From the human T2T-CHM13v2.0 reference genome, Homo sapiens, in the NCBI RefSeq assembly GCF_009914755.1, contig NC_060931.1: a DNA stretch of 64,000 bases; one strand, 5' to 3'. Numbering within the stretch: the stretch's first letter is position 1; each line of letters begins with the position of its first letter. A program made the position numbers and the translations under genes. Shown one piece after another: positions 53,897 to 64,000 of the stretch. The notes under the pieces are model-generated. The model ran no database searches and was not told where the DNA came from. It worked only from the letters and a program-made list of their open reading frames with translations.

Positions 53897-54361
53897 CAGT
53901 AGTTCTCAAACATTTCATTCTCAGGACCCCTTTGTACTCTTAAAAGAACTTTTGTTTATGTACATAATATCTATCTTTATTATGGTAATTGGAGCTGGGA
54001 AAATTGAATATACATGTATGTGTTTATTAATCTAAAAAGAGCAATAAGCCCATACCTGTTAACATGAATAATACATTTTTATTAAAAATGACTATAGTGA
54101 TAATGAAACAATTAGTGAGGATGAGGGCTTTTTAAAATATTTTTGAAATTCTCTTTAATATCTGGCTGATAGAAGACAGCTGAATTCTCACATTACCTTC
54201 TGCACTCTGTTATGATATCATACATTATGTAGTCTCTATGAAACTTCATGTACATTTAAGGAAGAATGAGTAAAAATAGTATTATTTTGAAAGTAGTTTT
54301 AACTTCCTAGACCCCTAGACAGTGTCCTGAGAGTCCCAAGACCACACTTTGAGAACCGTGG
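53897..54361 (+). mobile_element. MER119-like (hAT-Charlie)
   Basis: CAGTAGTTCTCAAAC...TCTCAGGACCCCTTTG...GACCACACTTTGAGAACCGTGG; 8-bp TSD TTTTACAT/TTTTAGAT. Confidence 0.8.
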
Positions 54362-55054
54362 TTTTAGATGATGGCTGTACGGTTTTAGGAGGACTAATGT
54401 TAGTTTTAGCAAAGGCATCAGATTTTTGAAACAGGGTTTTAAGAAACAAAACTGATAGGAAAATACTTCCCCATACACTTGATCTTTAAATAAGCTTGGG
54501 GCATGGCAGGAGACAGCTAAGACTCATATTTACTGCCAATTTTTAGTAGATTTTAGTTGGCTTCTAAAATTGGTTATAATTATTATCTATCCTCTAATGT
54601 AGAATAAGTAGGTTCTTTTATTTCTCTTTCAATAAAGTTCAGTCCTGGATATGACAAAAGGAGCTTTTCTGGAATGAATATTTGGAATGTAGAATTTACA
54701 TTAGGTAATATTAGGTAATAAATATAAATGAGATTAAAAGAGTTATTAACATTTCCATTTGCAGTATTAATTTTGGCCAGGTAGATAATACTCAGAACAT
54801 AAAACCTTTGGTAAGAAGAAAGCAGATGTTCAATAGTTTCTCAAGTATACAATAAAATAGATAGCATGGACCTAGTATTTTCTAGCAGGTCATGGCAACT
54901 CAGTCAAGCTCATGTATGATAGAAATATCTAAGTAAATTTAAAGGATTATAAGGCTATCTATCTATCTGTCAATCATCTATCTATGTGCCATGTATTATA
55001 AAACTACTTCACTCTATACCTTGTTCAACTCTTAGGAGGAAATAATATATTTAT

Positions 55055-55280
55055 TAACAGCACAGGCTGTGAAGCGAGATTGCTTAGACCAAATTTTAAG
55101 TTTACACCATCTCTGTGCCTTTTGGTTCAGTTTCCTCATCTATAAGATTGGGATTGTAATTTTACAGTATTATTGTAATAGTATAATCAATTTAATGTGG
55201 TTCGTATAGTGTTCAAAATATGCAATTAGAGGTAAAATTCATAGCACACTTCCTGGAACAGAATAAATGCACTTTACCCA
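55055..55280 (+). mobile_element. MIR
   Basis: CAGCACAGGCTGTGAAGC...TCAGTTTCCTCATCTATAAGATTGGGAT. Confidence 0.65.
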
Positions 55281-57334
55281 TTGTTTTTTAAAGCTATTGT
55301 TAAGAATTATGAATTTTATAGCTATTAGATGATGGATTGAGGGTTTAAGAATATACTTAGGGATGTAAAACACTTTCTTAAAGATAGATCTCTAAAAAGA
55401 AGAATTTGTACCTTGCATTAAGAAAGTTTTCCAAAACTCTGGGTTTATAAACAAGTTACTTGATGATAGAGGCAAAATGGAACTCATGAAGTAGACTACT
55501 ATAAAAAGGTCAGTCCAGACGACAGTCTTGGCTTTGAAAATTATTTTTTTCAAAATTAATTTTATTAGAGCTTAGAATTTCTCATTCAAGTCAACTTGAA
55601 GGTGGTTAATGAGTTGAGTACCTGAGCAACATGTCGGTTTTCTTCTGGCTATATGTGATGGCCAACTACCATAATCCCTTGCCTCTTGCCTCCCAGCAAC
55701 ACTGTGAGCTCTGGGATAGCAAGATTTATAATATATAATGAGCTTAGCCCCTTGCACAGTAGTTGAGCAAAGCAGGATATTTTTACTTTGATGTTTTAAC
55801 CGCAGGGGTATTTGACTATGTTGGGTCTATTGAGATGATGTTTAGTCAACATCAAAGAAAATTAGAACTAACATAAAGTAATTGAAAGTATACAGAAGCT
55901 TTGGTTTATAAATTCTAGACATATAGTAGGCTTTCAATAAATGGTTATTGCTCTATATGTAATACTTCGTAACAAGTCAAACATACAGAAGGAATTATTC
56001 AGAAATTGTTAAAGCACATTTTAAAGAATAGGCCATTTTAAAAGATTCCTTTAAATCGACAATGATAATCAGATTATTCTGGAAAAATGTATTGCCTCTC
56101 TAGAATAGGATGGTTATTCCTGAGGCAAAGAGGTAAAGTTGCATATAAAAAAACTTGCTTCACAAGCCTTGACTAGATCCACTGTGCTGGTGGCAGTATT
56201 TTTCCTCTTTATACTGCTGTTTCCATTATTGCCTAAATTTTTATTTATAGATAACGTATTTAACTTCTCTCTTATGAATAAAAGAACTGTTGCTAATTTC
56301 CTTTCAATTTTGTATTTTAAAGAAAATTACTCCACTACTTATTTATAAATAAAATGGATTATTTTAGTGTTCAACTCACAGGATATATTTCCTGCTTAGT
56401 TCATAATTGGTGTTCTCTTGGCACACTATTATTATTGTCTCTTATTGCAGGTAAACAATGCTATGTGCAATTCCAGTTTGCAAATATAAATATTTTCTCA
56501 TTTTCTTGGCCCCACGAAGATAAATAAATTTAATGTCTACACTGTAGTATTAAGATTTGGGATGGAAGTTCAGAGGTATAGACAATGATATAAATGATTT
56601 AACTAGAATAAAATGTGTGATGAGTTAGTATATAATTTTAGAGAAATTATACTTGGTAAACATTAATTAATCACCAAGAAATTTATAAAGAGATATTTCT
56701 GTGGCTCCAATTTACTTTTTTTCCAGAGTTCAAAATTATGACCTACACTGAACACAAAATTCCATTTGCTGGGAACTTACAGCTATTTTTCTGGTAAAAA
56801 AAAAAAATAGCTAACAAATTAGGACTAAGCTAGGACATATTTAGAACATTAGAATTATAGCTAGAACATCACAAATTACTTTATAATGATATAACATTTT
56901 ACTGAAACAGCCAGGGCAACACACAACTTAGTAAATCTACATGGTTCTGCTTGGTAGAACAGGTTAAGTACATAATTAATGGACCAGCGTGAAGGAGTAT
57001 TTCCTTCACGTCTACAAAAGCTCTCTGAAGAAAAGGCAGGATGCATTTAGAGGAGCTCATTGGTCTGAAAATTCTCCTAGAATTCACTGGCTTCATATTT
57101 TCTTCTAAACTTGATAAAATAACCTAAAACATTGATTGGTAAAAGAGGTACTGTTCTCCTCTGGTTTTCATGTAGGCAGCTCTGGTGAAAAAGAAAAAAA
57201 AAAGAAGATTGTAATATTGAATAATATCTCAAGCTGAAAAAAGATAGTGGGATCCATTTTCTTTTATTGACAATGGTACATAAATTAGTTATTTCAAATA
57301 GGGTAGAATAAATAATAACAATATTAAATGCTAA

Positions 57335-57550
57335 ATCAGAGCTACCTTGTGGGAGAAACTGTGATACTTAAATTAGAATTATGGCTCTATATTTACTAGC
57401 AGTATACCTTTGAATGAGTAACTTACACTATCTAAGTCTTTCAGTTTTTAATTCTATAAATATGGGAAAAATTATTGTGGATATTAGATATCATACATAT
57501 ACAGTATCTAGAATAATATCTAACTCATAGTAGATGCTCAGTAAACGATG
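57335..57550 (+). mobile_element. MIR
   Basis: TGGCTCTATATTTACTAGCAGTATACCTTTG...TAGTAGATGCTCAGTAAA. Confidence 0.65.
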
Positions 57551-57766
57551 TATTTTATGAGAAAAATGAAAAGACAGAGTATTCCATAAAAATCTTTGCT
57601 GGGGTTATAGCAACAACTCAGTCTCTTCTTTCAAGTAGCTTATAGTTCATTAAGTGTAGGTAGGTATGAAAATAAAAATAAAATACATGAAACTGTGAAA
57701 CTGGAATGGTGAATTTTACCTGATGATTTAGGGGAAAAGAAAGTTTTCATCTAAATGATAATGCTT

Positions 57767-57975
57767 GTGAGAATGATACAATGGACTTTGGGGACTCGGG
57801 GGAAAGGCTGGGAGGGGGTGAGGGATGAAAGGCTACGCAGTGGGTACAGTGTATGCTGCTCGGGTGATGAATGCACCAAAATCTCAGAAGTCACTGCTAA
57901 AGAACTTATTTATGTAACCAAACACCACTTGTTCCCCAAAAACCTATTGAAATAAAAATAATTAAAAAATAAAAA
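57767..57975 (+). mobile_element. L1PB 3' end, heavily 5'-truncated
   Basis: GAATGATACAATGGACTTTGGGGACTCGGGGG...GCACCAAAATCTCAGAA...GTAACCAAACACCACTTGTTCCCCAAAAACCTATTGAAATAAAAA; TSD AAATG(A/G)TAATGCTT at 57753-57766 and 58000-58013. Confidence 0.9.
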
Positions 57976-58013
57976 TCCTTGAAGGCAGGAACATGTAAAA
58001 AATGGTAATGCTT

Positions 58014-58670
58014 AAACTGAGTGTTGAAAGATAAGATGCTTATTAAATATACTCTAGAGACAGGAAGGAGAGGATGAGATGGTGGAAATCCAGGTAGAAG
58101 GAGCAGGTACTATCCGAAACTATACATAGTTTAAAATTTCTGCATCAAGGATATGAAAGGGTGGCTTGGTGAAAGGTAAGAATGACAAGTTAGGCAGGGG
58201 CCAAATCACGTAGAGTCCTACATTTTAGTATGAACTTCATCCTGTGGGCACAAGAAAGTCATTGGAGGACTTCAACTGCAAAAGTGCCATGACTATATTT
58301 TATTGGAAAAAAATATTATGCTAGTTGCAGTATGAAATATATATTAAAGAGGGACAAGAATAAAGGCTGGGACACTAGTCAGAAGTCTAATGTAGCTGTC
58401 CAGCTGAGCTGTAATGACTGCCTAAACTAACCTTTTAGAGTGTAATGTGTAAGAGAAGAAGCAGATTGTAGCATTTGCAGATTTTATTCATCGTTTGAAG
58501 TATAGTACTGAAGGAAATATGGTACTAAAGATAGTAAAGGAAAGGAGGACTTTAAGATAACTTTTTAAGATCCCTGTCATTAAATAAGAGAAATGAGAGT
58601 TTCAAGAGAAGAATAAGAAACAGTTTCATCAAATGTTAAGAAGGTGCCAAGTAGAAGGTGAACTGAAAAA
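58014..58670 (-). mobile_element. L2 fragment
   Basis: AGTTAGGCAGGGGCCAAATCACGTAGAGTCC...TGAACTTCATCCTGTGGGCA...GTCATTGGAGGACTT. Confidence 0.7.
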
Positions 58671-59249
58671 AAATTAGTTATGATTTGTAACTACGTTACA
58701 CACACACATACCTACACATATATGTTATATATGAGTAAAGGTCTAGAAGAATTAGTGGCAATTATAATAGCTGTGGGAAATAAAAGTATGAAAAAATCTT
58801 ACTTCCTACAGTTCTACTGAATTCCGGTTATTAGTTTAAAAACAGGCACAACAGAAATTGTTTAAAAAGAGAAAATAAATTTTTATTTTTATTTTTTGCT
58901 TTTGTGTGTTTTAAGCACTGGAATTATGAGTGGTTGATTATCTCATGGTGAAACTAGTGTGGTCCAAATTTGGGTCAATTTAAACCCCAAATTGTCTTAA
59001 ACATATATAAATTTACATGTTGCATTCTTATTGCATGTCATTTTGTCAGAGATTTTATAAGAAGGTCATACTGAAGTTTAAATTTTAGTTTGAACTTACA
59101 TAATGAGAATTAAAAATAGGATAACTAAACCATTGAGGAATAAAGGATATTTATGTTTACAATTTTATATTAATACAATAAAATTACACGTTTAATGCAA
59201 AGGATGGAAGGGTATTGGGGATATTTGCCCAAGATGTTTCTGTGCCGTG

Positions 59250-59900
59250 GTGTACCATGGGGGCCCATGACGGTGAATAGGAGGTGGAGATGTGGGGAAT
59301 AAGAATGTCGATGTTTGAGGTACTTGATGTGAAGGCTGAGAGAGAAGGTGGCAGGTAGCTGGAGGATGACACCAGGTTAGAGGGGATTGGAGATTGTGTA
59401 TTTGTTTTTAACCCAGGATAGAGCTGAGTGTATTCACAGGCTGTGGAGAAGGAGCAGGGAAAAAGAGATTTGAAAATCCAGAAGAGAGAGGATAATAATA
59501 GATGAACAAAGTTCTTACTCTCTTTGAAGCAGGAGAGGGTAGTTGGAAAAAAGGTCACAGGAAGAGAGACTGGCTTGAAATGAGACAAAGGGCTATTTCA
59601 TCTTCTGAGACTTGAGAGAAGGAGGTAAACAAGATCCTGATGTTTGTCACTCAGAGGGCAGGAAGTTGAAGACTATTCTTCCTGACAGCTTCAATTTCTC
59701 TGTGAAACAGAAACAAGGTCATTGGCAGAAAGGAAAGCTGAAGAGAGGGAGGGGGATGGAGTAGCCCTTGAGAAGGGTGAAGAACTCTGTGTGGCTTTTG
59801 AGGACACGGAGAAGGCTCTAGCCATCAAAGGATAAAAGGTTTTACGTCAGTCCCACCTGCACAATTGTGTGTTTTTTTCTGGCAAAAGTCAGCAGTCTGG
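59250..59900 (-). mobile_element. L2 internal (ORF2) fragment
   Basis: Purine-rich antisense L2 body: GAGAGAAGGTGGCAGGTAGCTGGAGG, GGCAGGAAGTTGAAGAC...CAGCTTCAATTTCTCTGTGAA. Confidence 0.6.
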
Positions 59901-60486
59901 GTGGAGAAATTCTTTTGAAAGGAAAAAAATATCTGGTTTGCTAGAAATGGAGGCTCCTTCAGTCTTCTGCTGTAAATGGAAAAATAGAACATCCAAATCT
60001 GTATTCTCTCTTCTTATGCACGTTTTAACTGTTTTAGGTACATTTTAACTATTGGGCATGAAGCATTTGAATCAGCTCATTTAAAAAGAATCATTTAATT
60101 GCGATGGTTGCTGAAGGAGATATAATTAGGCCTTAGGTGACTGATGCTATCTTTCCGACCTATCTGTTTCTGAACATGTCTGGTGCTTAAAATAAGTGTC
60201 CCCTGTCTCCGTCATTATCTTATAAATGACATAATTCTTGCTGGTTAACTGGAGAGCAATTCTTCCTCCCATTTTCACTACTTCACTGATCTTTGCCTTG
60301 TTCATCTGTCACAACTCTGATCTTTAAATGGCTCTACTTCCTACATGTGATTTCACAAAAACATCAACCACAACGACAGGAACAAAACACAGCACATTTG
60401 AGTGAATCTCCTTCAGTTTGGAATCACATCTCCTTTCTCTTTCAAAATCTCACTATGTGTAAGGAGACTGCAAGAGTAGTTTAGCA

Positions 60487-60831
60487 TAGGAGGCAACAAA
60501 CCACTGCCTTTGTGCCAGCTCTAGACTGCTGTCTGCCTGGTCTCAGTGTATCCAGCCCACAAGCTAAGAATGAGTGTTACATTCCTAAATGCTCGAAAAA
60601 AATCAGAAGTGAAACAACAATATTTCACGACCAGTGAAAATTATAGGAAATTATAATTTTAGAGTCCACAATTAAAGTTTTTTTGTGACACACCACACTC
60701 ACTTATGTATTGTCTGAGCGGTTTCTCCTTACAGTGTCAGAATTGAGTGGTTGTAACAGACACCTGCATGGCCTGCAAAGCCTAAAATATTTACTATCTG
60801 GTCCTTTATGGAAAAACATTGCTGATGCCTG
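60487..60831 (+). mobile_element. MER58B (hAT-Charlie)
   Basis: CAGCCCACAAGCTAAGAATG...TGGCCTGCAAAGCCTAAAATATTTACTATCTGGTCCTTTATGGAAAAACATTGCTGATGCCTG. Confidence 0.85.
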
Positions 60832-61097
60832 GTTTAGAGGTAGTCCTTGGATATATTATGTTACCATATGTTTAGTTTCATTCTCATTGCTCTTCAGTGG
60901 ACTTAAATTATTTAAAGCAGCAAAGTTTTGACTTTGACACTTTACATTTAAGTTTTTTTGATAGACAAACACGTCTGATAAATAATTTTGTGGTCTAGAT
61001 ACTATCTCTATCATTAATGTATTCAGTTGGTCTTTATTGAATTCCTACTAGGCTCTTTGCCAGATACTATGACTATAATATTGAGTCAGAGAAATGA

Positions 61098-61238
61098 ATA
61101 TACTATACTATAGTATATTGTACTATATAGTATACTATACAATAGTACATACAATATACTATAGTATACTGTAGTACTATATACTATACTATACTATACT
61201 ATACTATACTATACTATACAGTACAATATATAATATAG
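61098..61238. repeat. (TACTA)n-derived AT-rich tract
   Basis: About 8 perfect ATACT units at 61181-61219 plus mixed TACTA/TAGTA units upstream. Confidence 0.9.
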
Positions 61239-61244
61239 CATATT

Positions 61245-61460
61245 GCTTGACCCTGGAGTCAGATAGCCACAGTTTAAATTCTGGCTCTAATACTTTCTTG
61301 CTATGTAAATTGAGACAAGCTCCTTTGGTATCCTTATCTGTAAAATATGATACTATCCATATTTATCTCAGACCTCTCTTGTGACCCTCTAATGAGATAA
61401 TCCATGTAGTGAAGTATCTGGCACATAGTAAATACTCAGTGTTATTATTATTATTATTAT
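61245..61460 (+). mobile_element. MIR
   Basis: CTGGAGTCAGATAGCC...TCCTTATCTGTAAAATATG...CTGGCACATAGTAAATACTCAGTG. Confidence 0.8.
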
Positions 61461-61911
61461 TAGACTATGATAATTTCTATAATGGGAGGGGGACCTGATT
61501 CAATGGAAACCATGAGGGAAGGCCAGCTAAAACTTCCTGGAGCAGTTCAACTTGTACTCATAAATCTGGTAGGAGATATAGAAAATATTATGTTTTTTGG
61601 ACACTATCAGAACACTGCATTCCTGGCCAGTGTAAGGCAGGCTCACCCATTGACTGGCTCAGTTCTTTCTGCTTTGAGCTTGGCTTCCTCTTATGAGGCC
61701 TCAGCATTCTTTGTGATAAAGCCTCCTAGAGCTCAATGACAGTCATATGCTAGCCTCTATGGCTGGTAGAAATCCATTAGAAGGAGCACTTCTTTGCAGG
61801 TGTAAATTCTTGCTGTTGGTGAGAGCTATGGAGTGCCAAACAAAATGCCTATCTGCCTTATTCTATTTCTCTTAATTGATAAAATACATGATGGGAAGCA
61901 ATTAGTCCCAC

Positions 61912-62265
61912 TGTGTTAGTTTGTTTTCATGCTGCTGATAAAGACATAGCAAAGACTGGGAAGAAAAAAGTTTTAATAGGACTTACAGTTCCACATGGCT
62001 GGGGAGGCCACAGAATAATGGTGAGAGGTGAATGACATTTCTTACATGGCGGCAGCAAGAGAAAAATGAGGAAGAAGCAAAAGCAGAAATCCCCAATAAA
62101 CCCATCAGATCTTATGAGACATATTCACTATCAAAAGAATAGCATGGGAAAGACCGGCCCCCGTGATTCAATTACCTGTTCCTGGGTCACTCCCACAATG
62201 CATGGTAATTCTGCGAGATACAGTTCAAGTTGAGATTTGGGTGGGGACACAGTCAAACCATATCA
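61912..62265 (-). mobile_element. THE1C 3' LTR
   Basis: TGTGTTAGTTTGTTTTCATGCTGCTGATAAAGAC...GAGAAAAATGAGGAAGAAGCAAAAGCAGAAATCCCC...GGGACACAGTCAAACCATATCA. Confidence 0.9.
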
Positions 62266-63822
62266 TTCTGCCCCTGGCTCCTCCAAATCTCATGTCCTCA
62301 CATTTCAAAACCAATTATGCCTTCACAACAGCCCCCAAAGTCTTATTTCAGTATTAACTGAAAAGTCCACAATCTAAAGTCTCATCTGAGACGAGGCAAG
62401 TTCCTTCTACCTATGAACCTGTAAAATCAAAAGCAAGCTAGTTACTTCTTAGATACAATGTGGGTACAGGTATTGGGAAAATACAGCCATTCCAAATGGG
62501 AGAAATTGGCCAAAAAAAAAAAAAAAGGTTACAGGGCCCATGCAAGTCCCAAGTCCCATGGGGCAGTCAAATTTTAAAGCTCCAAAATGATCTCCTTTGA
62601 CTCCAGGTCTCACATCCAGGTCACACTGATGCAATAGGTGGGTTCCCATGGTCTTGGGCAGCTCTACCCCTGTGGCTTTGTAGGGCACGGCCTCCCTCCT
62701 GGCTGCTTTCACAGGCTGGTGTTGAGGTCTGGCTTTTCCAGGCACACGGTGCAAGCTGCCAGTGGATCTACCATTCTGAGGTCTGGAGGATGGTGGTCCT
62801 CTTCTCACAGCTCCACTAGGCAGTGCCCCAGTAGGGTCTCTGTGGTGGGGCTTCGACCCCACATTTCCCTTCTGCACTGCCTTAACAGAGGTTCTCCATG
62901 AGGGCCCTGCCCCTGCAGCAAACTTTTGTCTAGGAATCCAGGCATATCCATACATCTTCGGAAATCTAGGCAGAGGTTCCCAAACCTCAATTCTTGACTT
63001 CTGTGTACCTGCAGGCCGAACATGGCGTGGAAGCTACCTAGGCTTGGGATTTCCATCCTCCGAAGCCATAGCCCGAGCTGTTTGTTGGCCCTTTTCAGCC
63101 ATGGCTGGAGTAGCTGAGACATAGGGCACCAAGTCCCTGGGCTGCGCACAGCACAGGCCCACAAAATCACTTTTTCCTCCTGGGCCTCTGGGTCTGTGAT
63201 CGGAGGGGCTTCTGTGAAGGTCTCTGATATGGCCTGGAGACATTTTCCCCATGGTCTTGGGATTTAACATTAGGCTCGTTGCTACTTATGTAAATTTCTG
63301 CTGCCAGCTTGAATTTCTCCTCAAAAATGGGTTTTTCTTTTCTACTGTATCATCAAGCTGAAAATTTTCTGAACTTTTATGCTGTCTCCCTTTTAAAATG
63401 GAATGCTTTTAACAGCACCCAAGGCAACTTTTGAATGCTTTGCTGCCTAGAAATTTCTTCCGCCAGATACTCTAAATCATCTCTCTCAAGTTCAAAGTTT
63501 CACAGATCTCTAGGGCAGGGGCAAAATGCTCCCAGTCTCTTTGTTAAAACATAACAAGAGCCACCTTTGCTCCAGTTCCCAATAAGTTCCTTATTTCCAT
63601 CTGAGATCACCTCAGCCTGGACCTTATTGCTCGTATCACTATCAGCATTTTTGTCAAAGCCATTCAACAAGTCTCTGGGAGGTTCCAAACTTTCCCACAT
63701 TTTTCTGTCTTCTTCTGAGCCCTCCAAACTGTTCCAACCTCTGCTGTTACCCATTTCCAAAGTCGCTTCCACATTTTCAGGTGTCTTTTCAACAATTCCC
63801 CACTCTACTGGTGCCAATTTAC
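62266..63822 (-). mobile_element. THE1 internal region (~1.56 kb) with broken gag-derived ORF
   Basis: TTCTGCCCCTGGC (purine-rich tract on the minus strand) abuts the 3' LTR; ORF fragments such as GWNSLEGSEEDRKMWESLE and SGAVRRGPPSSRPQNGRST are typical MaLR internal translations. Confidence 0.9.
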
Positions 63823-64000
63823 TGTAATAGCTCATTTTCATGCTGCTAATAAAGACATACCTGAGACTGGGAAGAAAAAGAGGTTTAATTGGACTTACAG
63901 TTCCATATGGCTGGGAAGGCCTCAGAATCATGGCATGAGGCAAAAGACACTTTTTACATGGTGGTGGCAAGAGAAAAATGAGGAAGCAGCAAAAGTAGAA
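63823..64000 (-). mobile_element. THE1C 5' LTR (cut by window edge)
   Basis: Direct repeat of 61912-62088: TGTAATAGCTCATTTTCATGCTGCTAATAAAGACATACCTGAGACTGGG... Confidence 0.9.

Noticed and set aside
59184-59588. 134-aa minus-strand ORF
   Set aside because: Lies in a decayed L2 body; S/P/F-rich with no recognisable domain
62449-63970. Longest ORFs in the track (121-168 aa)
   Set aside because: Frameshifted fragments of the THE1 internal ORF

Overview
AT-rich, CpG-poor primate genomic DNA (an AluY is present, so catarrhine; human-like). It reads as deep intron or gene desert and is largely a fossil record of transposons: 8 Alus or Alu fragments, L1 remnants (L1MA, L1PB, old L1M), many L2/MIR fragments, MaLR/ERV LTRs (MSTA, THE1D, MLT1A/B/C/K-like, MLT2B, LTR32-like, MER34A, LTR8A), a THE1C provirus running off the right end, and DNA transposons (Tigger3a, MER20, MER119, MER58B). 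I cannot support a protein-coding gene, RNA gene, CpG island or gene name. The ORFs I could trace to a source are Alu/L1/THE1/L2-derived or come from low-complexity DNA, and the rest look like chance ORFs. I found no convincing new biological system. The most unusual structures are rearrangement scars: (1) a ~90-nt hairpin at 46795-46884 whose arm recurs 2080 bp downstream; (2) a ~160-bp locally templated insertion inside an MLT1A LTR with an 8-bp flanking duplication; (3) an internally deleted L1MA joining the 5'UTR directly to the RT domain; (4) a probable 21-nt L1 3' transduction; (5) a monomeric recombinant Alu. A few candidate exons and regulatory motifs are listed at low confidence. Repeat subfamily names come from recalled consensus sequences and need Dfam/RepeatMasker confirmation.
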